Origin: Octopus vulgaris
Taxonomy: Eukaryota
Direction: 5' to 3'
Assembly (NCBI GenBank): GCA_951406725.2
Contig: OX597821.1
Coordinates: 69,130,001 to 69,194,000 of the forward strand
DNA: 64,000 nt
Shown piece by piece: positions 24,206-37,648 of the stretch. The notes beneath the pieces are model-generated. The model made no database searches and had not been told where the DNA came from. It saw only the letters and a list, made by a program, of their open reading frames with translations. Numbering within the stretch: the first letter of the stretch is position 1; each line of letters opens with the position of its first letter. The position numbers were made by a program, and so were the translations under genes.

Positions 24206-24423
24206 AAGGCGGCGAGCTGACAGAAACGTTAGCACGCCGAGCGAAATGCGTAGCCGTATTTCGTCTGCCGTTAGGTTCTGGGTTCAAATTTCGCCGTGGT
24301 CGACTTTGCCTTTCATCCTTTCGGGGTCGATAAATTAAGTACCAGTTACGCACTGGGGTCGATATAATCGACTTAATCTGTTTGTCTGTTCTCGTTTGGC
24401 CCCTTGTGGGTAGTAAAGAAATA
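24206..24423 (+). mobile_element. Young tRNA-derived SINE (Nin/Deu-like segment) nested in an older CORE-type SINE
   Basis: Perfect 16-bp TSD TATAATAGAAGACATT at 24190-24205 and 24424-24439; CpGs intact; box A/B-like motifs. Confidence 0.9.
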
Positions 24424-27400
24424 TATAATAGAAGACATTTACCTAAAGTGCCATGCAGTGGTGTTGTATCCAGAACCATGGGGTTGGGAAGCAATCTTAA
24501 CCAAACAACTACATCTGTGTTTTCATGGCTATTTAAAGTTCATTAAAATAATTTTGTAAACATTGATTTCATTCTAACTCTGTCTCGTAAATTTGTATGT
24601 GCATCTAAAAATTTGTATATGCATGTAAAAAGCACCCATACCAGTGCTGCGTAAAAGCACCCAGCATACTCTGTAAAGTGGTTGGCATTAGGAAGGGCAT
24701 CCAGCCATAGAAGCCATGCCAAATCAGACTGGAGCCTGAACAGCCCTTCAGCCTGTCAGCCCGTCCAAACCATGCCAGCATGAAAAATGGATGCTAAATA
24801 ATGAGGATGATGATGCCTTCCAATTGTGGAAAACAAATATGAGCAGTTCTCTATCAGCTGGTTGTAGGCTTTTTGTCCCTCAGAAGAGAAAAGTTAACCA
24901 TTATTTTTCCTTCTTTCAGTCATTGAACTGCAACCATGTTGGGGACTTACTTTTTAAGTCTGGTACTTATTCTGCTGTCTCTTTTGCTGAACTGCTAAGT
25001 TACAGGGACATAAATCAACACAGTTTGTCAAGCAGTGGGATGGCAGGGACAAACCCTCTCTCTTTCTCTCACACATGCACCTCACAGTTTTCATTTACTA
25101 AATTCTCTCATAAGATATTGGTTGACAACCCCTGCCCCCCTCTTAGGCTATAGTAGAAGACACTTGCCCACGGTGCTGTGCATTGGGACTGAACCTGAAG
25201 CCATGTGTTTGCAAAGTGAGCTTCTTGACCACACTACCATGTGTGTATGCCTGGGATGCTATTTTGCTAAACAATCAGCAGGAGATATCAACAATGGTTT
25301 ATCTGTTCTCTTGGTATTTATACTGGTTATTAAGCATAAGTTCACAGTAGGCATTTTGTCCTGTGATTGTCATTTTAGTGCTGTTGTTCAAATACACAGA
25401 TTGTTGAGGGAGATTTGGTTACCACGCGAGCAGTTTGAGCAACCTTATTCAAAGAATCGCTATATTTGCAAGAAGGTGTAAATTTTTTTCTTTCAAACTG
25501 TTTTAAAAAATTTTCCAAAGCTGCAGAAATTGCTTTTGCATTATTCCATAGAAAACATCTGAAAAAGTGTGTGGGTGTGCATAGAATGTCCTTAAATATT
25601 TTGTGAAGATGCGTTGTGCTGATATTGCGATTTGATGTTTTGAACTGTGATTCTGGTATTTGATCTATAGCAGGATTGTTATCTGTAGGATCAGCCACAA
25701 AGATGTCCTGATACCTGAAATAGTTACCTAACCCTAACCTTTTATTCTGCTTTTCTGAAGGCAGTCAAGAAAAATGATCCCACACAAAACAAACTTACAT
25801 ACACAAACTCAAATGTGCAGGCTATTTCATCTTTTGAAATATTTGTCATTTTGATGAGTTTTTGACAGATGCTGCTGGTTTTATCAGCAGACAAATCATG
25901 TGCTATCAGATGTTGAGACATCACTTCTTTTCCAGCAGTTCACTCCAGCTTTGATAACATCCAGGTTTTAACTCGGTTCATTTTAAATTAGACTATATAA
26001 ACTGGTAGCAGCGCTGTGTTAGTGATGACTATCTATTAAAAAGTAGTTCATTTAGTGACAGTTTGGTAATGATGTTTGAGCAGATAAATAAATGCACAAA
26101 ACACTGATAAAAACAAATAGAATCAGTATTGAGTAGGTTGAGGATGATAAGAAACCTTTGGTTGTTTATTACTTGTATTAGACATTTCATGAAATTCATG
26201 ACTGATGGAGAAACAGAAGAGAGAAAGAATGATGGGACTTACTTAAATAGTCGTTCATGTCTAGTCAGACTCCTATTTTGATGTACTTTAATGAATGCTA
26301 TATCTTGCTTCCAGACCATTAGTCTCCTTGAATCCCTTCTTGTTAATTAGTTGTTATGATAGAATAAATAAGTTGCTTTTGAAGAATTTTGTCATTTTCA
26401 ATCGTTTTTCAGTAATTTGGTTTTCTCTTTAAAATTTCTTCTTTCCTTTCAAGATTGATAAATAAACATGATAGTTAGAAACTAACAATATTTTTTTTTT
26501 TTTTTTTTAGTTTAATTTATGGCAATATATAATATTTCTGTTTTTTAATTTGTGGTAATATATTTGGGTGGCAAGCTAGCAGAATTGTTAGCGTGTTGGT
26601 AAAAAAATGCTGAACAGCATTTCTTCTGGTTCTTTACATTCCAAGTTCAAATCCCACCAGTGTTGACTGCCTTTCATCCTTTTAGGGACATAAAATGAAG
26701 TATAATCAAGCACTGGGGTTGATGCAATTGACTGACCTCCTTCCCCAAATTTTAGGCCTTCTACCTATTTAAGAAACAGTTTATAGTAATATAAGATGTT
26801 TCTGGTTTGTATTACAGTCATATGGGATTAAAATCTCTGTTCACAGAGTGTAAAAACTAAAATCTTCATCTACTTACAACAATACAGGATCAGTCAAACT
26901 ATATTGTTTTCTATATAAATTAAAAATTTCTTCAGATTCCTCTCTTCCAAGTTTTTCTTAGGAACAGCATATGGTTAAGAAGCTTGCTTCCCAATTTTGG
27001 GGTCTTGGGTCAGGTCACACTATGTGGCATTTTGAGCAAGTATCTTCTACAATAGCTCCTGACCAAACAAAATCTTGTGAGTGAGTATGGTAGATGGAAA
27101 CTGAAAGAAGCCTGTCATGTGCATGTGTGTGTATATGAATGCATGTGCATGTGTGTGTAAATGACTGGCACTTCATTGGTTATGCTTGCTTGTGAAATTA
27201 ACATGCTAGTGGCTGGGTACTCCACAGACAGTGTACCCTTAACATAGTTCACAGGGAAATTCCACATGACACAAAATGTAACAAGGGTGGTCCTTTGAAT
27301 TACAGGTACAACTCATTTTTGCCAGCTGAGTGGACTAGAGAAACATGAAATAAAGTATCTTGCTGAGGAGCACAATGTGCTGTTGGGTATTGAACTCATG

Positions 27401-27653
27401 ACCTTACAATTGTGAGCTGAATACCCTAACCACTATGCCACGTACCTTCACCATATTTATATGCATTTGTGAGTATGTGTTTATACATGCAACTCTAGGA
27501 AAGATGCAAGGTATGAGTGGTGGTGACTGAAGCTGCATGGCTGAAACAAATGAAAGAATAAATTGTTTGCTTGCTTCATGCCTTCAATGATGTTTTAAGG
27601 GATTCCTTAAAAGAAAAACCTCCAGTTGTAAAACACTGTTTCTATAATATATG

Positions 27654-27688
<35 letters not shown>

Positions 27689-27692
<4 letters not shown>

Positions 27693-27900
27693 AATGTGAC
27701 CGCATGTGTACCGTTGGTGATTTTTTTTTCCTCTGTCTTCCCTTCTCTGGATCTTTCCTTCTATGTTTCCGACGAAGAGCTCCGCTCGAAACGTTAAACC
27801 CTCCTTCTTCCCTTCCTTCCTGAGCGTCCAATAATACTATATTTGTTCCGCGTCCTCGCGTTGTGTTTTCTCTTTGTGTTTTCATGTTTGGATTAACTTT
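27689..27900 (+). mobile_element. Penelope-like pLTR-type short element inserted in (TA)n
   Basis: Flanked by (TA)n on both sides, CpG-rich, contains a hammerhead motif at 27765-27799. Confidence 0.7.
27765..27799 (+). ncRNA. Minimal hammerhead ribozyme motif (U4C variant)
   Basis: GTTT-CCGACGA-A-GAGC-TCC-GCTC-GAAA-CG-TT-AAAC: stem I GTTT/AAAC, stem II GAGC/GCTC, palindromic ACGT stem III. Confidence 0.65.
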
Positions 27901-28859
27901 ATATATATATATATATATATATATTCATCTAGCCTGCCATAGCATGGAAAAATATGTAAAATGAATGAATGTCTGAGCATATTTATCATTACAATCATAA
28001 ATATATTTTATCTTTTACTTGTTTCGGTTATTGGACTGCAGCTATGCTGAGGCTCCACCTTGATGGGTTGGGTAAAATAAATCAACACCATTATTTATAT
28101 TTTTTTAAAGCCCGGTACTTATTCTGTCAGTCTCTTTTTGCTGAACTACTATGTTACAGGGATGTAAACAAACCAACACCAGTTGTCAAGCAGGAGTGAG
28201 AGACACACATACATGGATGGCTTTTAGTTTCCATCTACTAAATTCACTCACAAGGATTTGACTGGCTTGAGGCAATAGTAGAAAACACTTGCCTAAGGTG
28301 GGTGCCATGCAGTTGGAACTGAACCCAGAATCATGTGGTTGGGAAACAAGCTTGTTAGCTCATAGCCATGATTACACAGATTTATAAAGGATTATTAAGA
28401 GCAAATCTTTTAATAAATATCAGCTTGCTGAAAGTAAACAGAACCAGAGAAATAATCAGAGGTAGCTCAATTTTGATATCCACTAGTTTTTAACACTTTG
28501 AGTATTATTAACCAACATATGGGGCCTGAGGGTGTGTTAACAAAGAGATACTTTCGCAGCTGATGAGAGTAGAAATGGCTTTAGTGACAAACAAGCGATA
28601 CCATGTGTTCAAGTGTAGAAGTCTATTGGCAGAAGTTCATTTAATTGCTTTCTGCTTCATTGATTCTCTTTTTCTTCAAACCCCCAAAACAAGATACTGA
28701 AAAAATAATAATGGATGATCATTTTTTTCAATAGATTCTATTGTCTGCCTGTCTGCCTCTCCCTCTCTCTCTCTCTCTCTCTAAACACACACATGCCCAC
28801 ACATACATGTATATACACTGGCATCCACAGTTTCTTGTATTTGACAAAAAAGGATAATG

Positions 28860-29048
28860 AGAGTGGCTGTGTGGTGAGTAGCTTTCTTACGAATCACATG
28901 GTTCCGGGTTCAGTCCCACTATGTGGCACCTTGGGCAAGTGTCTTCTACTACAGCCTTGGGCTGACCAAAGCCTTGTGAGTGGATTTGGTAGATGGAAAC
29001 TGAAAGAAGCCTGTCGTATATGTGTGTGTGTGTGTGTTTGTGTGTGTG

Positions 29049-29084
<36 letters not shown>

Positions 29085-29300
29085 CATTTGTGTGTCTGTG
29101 TTTGTCTCCCCAACATCGCTTGACAACCGATGCTGGTGCGTTTGCGTCCCCGTAACTTAGCAATTTGGTAAAAGAGACCAATAGAATAAGTACTAGGCTT
29201 ACAAAGAACAAGTCTTGGGGTCGATTTGCTCGACTGAAGTTGATGCTCCAGCATGGCCACAGTCAAGTCAAATGACTGAAACAAGTAAAAGAGTAAAGAG
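28860..29300 (+). mobile_element. tRNA-derived CORE-type SINE, full length
   Basis: GAGTGGCTGTGTGGT head, GGGTTCAGTCCC box B, CCTTGGGCAAGT CORE-like motif, internal (TG/TA)n, GTAAAAGAG tail. Further copies at about 24905-25240(-), 28005-28370(-), 45435-45800(+), 46600-47000(-), 52675-53110(+), 54270-54635(-), 59360-59800(-) and 61880-62225(-). Confidence 0.88.
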
Positions 29301-31239
29301 AATTATTGAATGAACTAAATTGTAATATCCCAAAATTATATGAGTGTGTACTTTTTCTTTGTAAGCATAGAACACACACATACACACACACACACACACA
29401 CATACACACACACACACAGTGTGATAATGGATTCTAGGTTGGTTACAATGTTGAGTGTTCAGCTGGCTGGTTAAAGCACCATACAAGTGTTGTTTATATC
29501 CTATTGTTAGATATACATACCACTTAACATTCTGCTTATTCTCTCAAATATAATATTTATTTATCATGCATTATCTTGTAGCTTAATAATTTCGATGAGA
29601 TGTTAGTTAATCTTTAGAATGACATTGTTAGATAGGTGTGAGAGGCCAGATCTGGCCAGTTTAAATGCATAAAGTCTAAGCTGCCAATAAGTCTGGTTGT
29701 GTGTCACTTATGGTAATTTCTGTCTACATAGCTTTTGGTTTTTTTTTGTCTTGTTATTTGATGGGAAAACAGATTTGTTCTTCAATGATGGTCTAAGTTT
29801 TGTGTGCAGTTCACACGACCCTTGCAGGTCTTTGCGTTAATCTCATGCAGCATGAGAATGATGCTGTTGATGCGCCCAACCTTTTTAGCAGGAAAAACAC
29901 ATGGATAGAGAAAGAACAGCAGTTCTACTCTGAATGCTTCCAACAGAGTGAATTCTGCTAAAGGTAACCAATGGACTGGGTGGTGGTGTTGAAATGGAAG
30001 TACATTATATGGTAGAACTTCATTGTCTGAAATGTTTCCTTTCATATGCTTTCTCCCACTAGACCCCATTTCCTCCCCATGTGTACATACACAAATGCAC
30101 ATAAACTTACATATACAGTTAATTGTTCTTGCCGAAATATATTTAGTCTTGTAGTCTCTTATTATATTTTCCTTCGTATTTGATTAATCTAATCATGTGA
30201 TTGTTATTTACCCTGTAAATTTTTAGGAACTCTGATTGCTCTGCAATGGTTTAATAATCAGGCACTCACTCCTTTCACCTTTGTTGCATTCTTTCTGTTC
30301 TTAAGCCTATAACTTTCTTCCCTCTCCACTGACCATCTTTTGAATATAGATTGGTATTGATTTGGACCAAGGCTTCCACTTATTTTCTTAATAATCATAA
30401 ACAGATAGATAGATAGCATCAATCTTTCTGCTTGCTTTCTTCCTAGGCTACAAGTTCTAGAGATGAGATATTATTTGTCTAGTTAAAGCTAGCTTAGAGT
30501 TTTGCAGTCTTCTATTTAACTTTTACTAACCACGATCACTTTCCATTCGGCAGATTTAAAGCATGCCTTTGCTTGCAAGAAATTTTATTTTAAAGCTGCT
30601 TTAAAATTGTAATGTGACTCATATCTGTGACTCACATTCAATGACATCAATCTAATTGGATATCATTTTAACTATTTTATATCCATTTTATTGTTCAAAT
30701 CTATTTTATTCCATATTTGTGCATATTGTGTGTGTGTCTGCAAGAAAGAGAATGGGGAGGGAGCAAGGTAGAGTGTTTTCCTTGAATAATAAAAAATGAT
30801 TATAAAACTTTTGTGTAATTCCTCTATAACCTTTTATTATTGTTTTTTTTCTTCAAATCCACAATTTCCTAACTACAAATGAATAAATCAATTAATAGTC
30901 TAATTGAATTAGTTATTCATCAAAATTCCCAGATTTCTGCATATGTTTATCTTTTACAACTTGTTTCATTTGTTGTTATGCCTTTGTCTGGCTGATTTCT
31001 ATATAAATGAGCAAGTTTCAAATAACATACCATATTTTTATTTTATCTTCTTCAGTTATTGAACTTTTTAAATACAAATATTTTCAGTTAATTCTTACAT
31101 ATTTTTGTTTTAGTTTCAAAAATTATTACAGATTTGATTCCTTAGAAACGGCAATGATTCTCCTCGATTTTTTTTTTCTTTAAGATTTTTAGTGTGATTT
31201 TAGTATTATTTTTGTGTTGTAGAATTGATATATTTGAAA

Positions 31240-31560
31240 TATTTTGGAAAGGTTGTATTTCGAGGAAAGAAGTGTGAATATAGTGATACAAGTTGTGTGG
31301 TGGATGCATTTAAAAGGTTTGAGGACAGGGATTTTTCTCTCTGGGCAAACACTTATCAACTTCAAGTACCACTTCAAGAGGAAGTTCAAAATAGAGAGAG
31401 GTGCTGCTTTCCAGTGTGTTTTACATGTTTTACAGAAGATGGGTGAAAGCAACAAGATTGATGGGGCTGAAGGAGCCCAATTTAATTATGTAATTTCAAA
31501 CAGGAAGAAAGAAACTGAGAGAGGGTACTTTTGATGCTCTTTACGCAACAGACTAATGCA
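31240..31560 (+). mobile_element. L1/Tx1-like LINE 3' end fragment
   Basis: VVWWMHLKGLRTGIFLSGQTLINFKYHFKRKFKIER resembles a Tx1-clade ORF2 C-terminus; diverged second copy at 32050-32390. Confidence 0.55.
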
Positions 31561-32049
31561 GACTTTGTATAGAGTTCACTCTTCCAATCACCCTAGGTGG
31601 CCATCACTTCTGTTGGGGACCTTTTTTTTTTAACATTTCCTTGTTACAGTTTTTGTTGTTTTCTTATTTTTTACTTGATGTAAATCCCACTGTTGTTGTA
31701 TTGAAGGTTTGTAAATTCTATTTTGGATTTTGTCCTTGTACTGTATCCAACATCTTGTAACTGAAAACAAGTAATAATTATTGTTATTTGGAGAAGGAAC
31801 TGGGTGGCAGATGGTAGAATTAGTAGGGTGTTGAACTAAATATTTTTCAAAATTTTAATTACTTCTGTCTACATTTTGAGGTCAACACCACTGAAGTTGA
31901 TTTTTGCCTTTCTTTGTCAGTGTCAGTGCTGTTAGCCTTGAAATATCTTCATGTCATGAGTTAAAACCATGCATGGATTGGCTTACCTCTTCTTCCTTCT
32001 TGGATGAGATGTTCAGTAAATATACCCCTCCAGTGTTTGATATATTTTG

Positions 32050-32390
32050 GAAACTGCTGTGTTTCTAGGAAAGAAGTTGTGTGGTGAGTGCATTAAGTTT
32101 CAGATCAGAGATTTTCCTCTCTGGCTAAGCACTCATCAATTTCTTAAAGTGTCACTTAAAGACCACCTGAAGACAATTGGGAGACGGAACTTATACAGGG
32201 TAAGGGCAGTGAACAAGGTGATGCTTTCTAGCATGCTTTACACACTAGAAAGCAGTACTTCCCTTTTTGCACATTTTACAAAATGGTAGGTGAAAGCAGC
32301 AAGATTTACAAGGCATCATTTGGTTATGCATTTCTAAAAAAGAGGAAAGAAACTGAGAGAGGGCACTTTTAATAGCTTTGATGTGACATA
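32050..32390 (+). mobile_element. L1/Tx1-like LINE 3' end fragment, second copy
   Basis: Shares CTCTCTGG..AA.CACT.ATCAA, GGTGAAAGCA.CAAGATT and GAAAGAAACTGAGAGAGGG.ACTTTT with 31240-31560. Confidence 0.55.
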
Positions 32391-32816
32391 ATAATCTGCA
32401 ACGTATGTGGAACACATGCCCCTTGCATTAATCCATGTGTCTAAATTGTAATTCATTATCAGGATGATGAATGGCAGAATTAGTAGAGCATTAGAAAAAT
32501 ATACTTAGTAGTATTTATTTATGTTCTCTGTTCAAATCCTGTCTGGGTAGATTTTACCTTTTATAAATAAATAAAAGTTATGTAAATGAATGAGTAAAGA
32601 ATGGTGTAGACTAAGACAAATGAAATCTCAGGTTTACATATATTTACAACATACAGAAAATAGCAGTACTTGGCATTGCACACACATTGCATTGGGTACT
32701 TTCAGTATCACTGAACACACTAAAACAAGACGGAGCATTGGGTGTATCCCCAAAACATGCTCTTGCACTAGGCTGCGCAATGAATGAAAGAAAGCAAGAA
32801 AGTCTGCTGAAATAAT

Positions 32817-33181
32817 AACAAGAATAAGAACAGCACTCAGAGAACACAAACCTCTGTGAAGGCAAGATCAACGTTCTCTCAACGATTAGCTAGATATTTT
32901 AAATGAGAATATCTGAAATAAACTCAACTGCTCTCAAAAATGAGAATACTAAAAATGAATCCGATCACTCTCAGAAATTAAGTAAAAAAACAGGGAAAAT
33001 AATCCAGAATCCTTGTCCGGTACTGGATCGATCCCATAATCTAATCAGTTCATGCCAGTTACAAGGTCGAACATCCCTGAAAGTTTCATCCGAATCCATC
33101 CAGCAGTTCTTGAGATATCTTGTCCATGGGCAAACAAATATGACTGAAAACAATACCTCCACCTTCACTAAGGCAGAGGTA
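32817..33181 (+). mobile_element. Helentron/HINE-like non-autonomous rolling-circle element
   Basis: 5' ACCTCTGTGAAGG related to the terminal hairpin TACCTCCACCTT-CACT-AAGGCAGAGGTA; internal AAAGTTTCATCCGAATCCATCCAGCAGTTCTTGAGATATC motif typical of such elements. Confidence 0.55.
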
Positions 33182-33189
33182 ATAATAAT

Positions 33190-33900
33190 ATCTTTTCTTC
33201 TATAGGCACAAAGCCAGCAATTTTCCGTGGGCATTGACTAGTCAGTTACATCAGCCCCACTGCTCAACTAATACTTATCGATTCTGAAAAGCAAAGTCAA
33301 CCTTGGTAGAATTTGACTTCAGAATGTAAAACCTGAAGAAATGCTGCTAAGCATTTTGTCTGGTGGAGTAACAATTCTGCCAGCTCACCACCTTAATAGT
33401 AATAATAATCTTTTCTATTATAGGCACAAGACCTGAAATTTGGTGGTGGTGGTAGTGGGGGGGGGGGGCAGTCAATTAGATCGACTCAGTACTCAACTGG
33501 TACTTAATTTATTGACCCCGAAAGAATGAAAGGCAAAGTTGACCTCAGCAGAATTTGAACTCAGAATGTAGCAGCAGATGGAATACTGCTAAGCATTTCA
33601 CCCGGCATGCTAAGAATTCTGCCAGCTCATTATCTTAATAATAATAATAATAATAATAATAATTTCCAACATAGTCCCATGGCCAATAATAACAACAGTA
33701 ATATTTGTTTCTAATTTAGGCATAAGGCCAGCAAGTTTGATTGGACTAGGTTAGTTGATTACATCAGCCCTAGAACTTGAAAGAATGAAAGGTAAAGTTG
33801 ACCTGGATGAGATTTGAGCTCAGAATGTAGCACTTGTACTTCTGCAAGGCATTGTCAAATGCTCTAGCAATTTTGCTAATCCACCACCCTAATAATAATA
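33190..33900 (-). mobile_element. Head-to-tail array of about three Nin/Deu-like SINEs separated by (AAT)n
   Basis: Repeated GAAAGGCAAAGTTGACCTC...GAATTTGAACTCAGAA...TTCTGCCAGCTC units. Confidence 0.75.
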
Positions 33901-35630
33901 GATATAATAAAAATGTGTATATTTGAAATAGATGACATTTTTCAGCCTATCCTCTATAGTAAAAAGTAGCAGCAGTACAACAACAAACACTAACCTAGTT
34001 TTGTTAATGATAGCTGTGAATATAGGGAAGAAAATTGTTAACTTGCTACACATAGACGTTGATTATACTTTAGATTAACCTTACTTAACAAAAGGTGTGA
34101 CTCCAGCCAATGTAATCTTTATTACAGTGATGGTTCCTCACACTTGGATTCTCTTATCTGATTGTGGTCCTTCTTGTGAAAAAAAGAATTTGGGACTAAA
34201 AGGGCTTGATTGATTTATAAAGGCAATATGAATTATAACAGCTAAAGAGGAGGACAAGGAGGAAGAGCAAGGCTAGTGGTTGTGGTGATGAGTGTATGTT
34301 ACAGAAATTGACACCAAGAGCTGTTTTATTTTCCCCATTTTCTTCACTTTGTATTTAATTTTTTAAAATCTTTTTTTTTTGTAATCTGATGTCTGTCTAA
34401 GTGGTAATTGTGGTGAGTCTTTGAAAAACTTAATGGGTTGCAAATTTCAATCTTGGTCTATGAGTTTTCTGTCTCCATTGTTTCTCCAACACACTCTGTT
34501 TCACTTACACTTGTTTTTGTTCAGTCCATGGTCAACCTTAGTTAAGCAGTCCTTCTTGTTTCCCAGCCGTTATTGTCCCTTTTTGTTTCATGAATTCTGT
34601 ACTGAGTGCTCCAAATAGCCAATATGTCCTAACTTTTTTCAGATGAATTGTGATTTGAGGGAGATTTATTATTGTTGATTACATATAAAAATTGTTTTGC
34701 TGGTTTTTCTACTTTCACTATTATTACTGTTTAGTTCCAGGCTTGGCCTGTTTGAACAGACTTATGATCAGAAATATTCCAGCCTTGACCATCACCTCTG
34801 CCTTCTAAGTTCAGATCCCTTTTGCCTTCTAAGTTCAGATTTTGCTACAGTTGAACAAATCAACCTCAATACGTTTTTTTACAGCCTAGTACTTCTTCTG
34901 TCAGACTCTTTTACCAAACCGCTCAGTCATGGGAACATACTCCTATATAAATATATATATGTACATGATGGGCTCCTTTTAGTTTCCATGTACCAAATCT
35001 AAAGGTTTTGATTGACCCACTGTTATAGTAGAAGACACTTCACCAAGGTGCTATACAGTGGGATTGAACCTAGCACCATGTGGTTAAGAAGCAAAATTCT
35101 TACCACACATCCACATATGTGCCTATGGATTACATCACATTGTGTTCTGATTTTGAATCCATTAAGAATCAGTTTCACCACAATTACTTCTGAGGTACGT
35201 TGATTAATTTCCAGTCTGAAACTGAACTCAACTTAATCAGATATCTCCCACTCCTACAAAAAAAAAAAAACACATTCTTCATTATTATGTATTTGCCAAG
35301 TGATTCTATTATTACTTCATAGAGTGTACATGAGGGATAAGTCATTTTTCTGTCCTTGATTTTAATTTTTTGGGAGAAAATTTCTGTCAATATAAAGGCA
35401 GCAAGCTGGTAGAATTGTTAGTATGCTTAGCAAAATGCTTAATGGTATTTTATCTGTTTTTATGTTCTGATCCTACTGAAATCAACTTTGCCTTTCATTC
35501 TTTTGGGGGCGATGAAATAAGTACCAGTTGAGCACAGGAGTCACTATAATTGACTTACCCCCTCTCCCAAATTTGCTGGCCTTGTGCCAAAATTTGAAAT
35601 CAATATAAAAAACTGTATTTTGCTTTAAAT

Positions 35631-35923
35631 CAGTGGTTTCCAAAGTGGGTAGTGTTACCCACCTTGTGGTGGTGGAAAGTTCCAAGGGGGCATTGAAGAA
35701 AATTGGGGTGATAATGGGGTAGTCAAAGGGGGCGATTCATGTAAAAAAAAAAAGGGGGGCAATTCATAAAAAAAAAGGGGCGATTCATTAGGTTAAGTCT
35801 TATTTGCTTTGAATTTGCTTCAGAAAGAGGTCTATATTTATGATGGTTAGTTGGGGTGGGGGTTCTAGGAATATGGCCTGGGTGTCAAGGGGACAGCAGC
35901 CTGAAATAGTTTGGGAACCACTG
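35631..35923. mobile_element. hAT MITE
   Basis: TIRs CAGTGGTTTCCAAA / TTTGGGAACCACTG; 8-bp TSD CTTTAAAT / CTTTGAAT. Confidence 0.85.
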
Positions 35924-36267
35924 CTTTGAATAAATTCTGAATACTTTGAATTTTTGATTTATTCCTTATTTATGATTTTTAGAATTGTAAAGGTTTTTCT
36001 TTTCAATTATTGTAGTAGACTCATTCAGATAACTCGGTGCCTTAGTGGAGATCCAGTGCTGAGACACGTGTTTTTATTGAACACTATGTATCTCATATGG
36101 CTTGAAGACAGTTTTCAGATGACCCTATTGAAGAAGCTGTAAATAGGCACTGCAGAGTGGGAACAACCCACCATTTTAGGTGGTAGCAACAGACATTGAA
36201 CTTTTAATAAATATATTTAAATATGTCATCATTACTATATATATGAACTACTTTTTTAACAGACACA

Positions 36268-36341
<74 letters not shown>

Positions 36342-37648
36342 CTAAGCACACCCACCCAAACACACATACACACTTGCATGCATGCGCAAAATCACCAAAA
36401 TCATTTGACATTTACTTTTTCCCATGCTCACACATTGTTTATAAGAATCTATCTCGCCACAGCAGACAGCAGCCATATTAACATAGAGAAGTGAACATTA
36501 TGTTCACTAGAGCATGTGTAATTGCTACAGATAGTAGTTTATTTTCATTTCTTTACATTTTAATTCATCAGATGATATATTTCTCATAGCCCCAGTTGCT
36601 ATAAATGACAGTTTTTTTTTTCCAACCCTGAACAGCTGTTGGTTGGCTCCATTCAGGACATTCACAATTGGGGAAAGGTGCACGTCAACCCCCAACTGTA
36701 GACATACATTTTCTGGACTGTATTACCCCACCTGCCCACCAAAAAAAGATAAAACAGCCCTCTTTTTTTTCTTTTTCTTAACATGTTAAGCAACCACCTC
36801 AGTCACCAACTCTTTCTGAGCATTGACCCATTTTCATGCTGATTCTTATATCATTAGTACTTAATGCTATCAAACAGCACAGTGTTATGAATATAAATGA
36901 TTACAAGCCTAGTGGGTAGTAAGAGTGCTCTATGTGGTCTCTTGACCTGCTAGAAATAGCCACCAAATCTCTCCAGATCACAACTTAAACATCTTATAAA
37001 AAGAACATGTTGGATAATGTGTTCTTGGGTTCTCTGCTCATTGGAAAAAAGCTCAATACTCACAACTGGAATCTCTTTCATCATAGGTTTGCACTATCAG
37101 AGCTAACCTTGAGCTGATCAACAAAAAGAAGATATGATTATCTAGATAGGATAGGATTGGATTGGATATCAAGTCTCTAAGACTTCAAGCTAAATACTAG
37201 AAGGATATTCTAGACTTGGGCTCTTCACATCATCATCATCATCATTATCATTTCTATGCTGTCATGGGTTGGCTGGTTTGACAGAGCTATGCCAGGCTTC
37301 ATTGTCTGTTCTGGCATGGTTTCTATGACTAGATGTCCTTCCTAATCCACTTTACACAGTGTATAGGATGCTCTCTATGGGGCACCAGCACCAGTACTTT
37401 TAACATGGCACCATCACGTTTATTATATATTGTCAAAGGGTTGTGGGAAGTAGTAGAATTGATAAAGTGAGGGATTAAATACCTTGTATTTAGTTATGTC
37501 ACTTTACCTTCTGAATTGAAATCCATCCCACTAGATCCATTTTGCCTTTTGTTCTTCTGAGATCAATAAAATAAGTACCAACCAAGTACTGTGCTCAACA
37601 TAACCAGTACCAAGCCCTGACAAAATTATGGCTTTGTACCTTATTATA

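Noticed and set aside
28555-28582. CTGATGAGAGTAGAAA
   Set aside because: Too short for stem II, and no stem I or III.
32725-32765. AAGA-CGGAGCA-T-TGGG-TGTAT-CCCC-AAAA-CATG-C-TCTT, a possible seventh hammerhead relic
   Set aside because: At least three core mismatches; not supportable without a family consensus.
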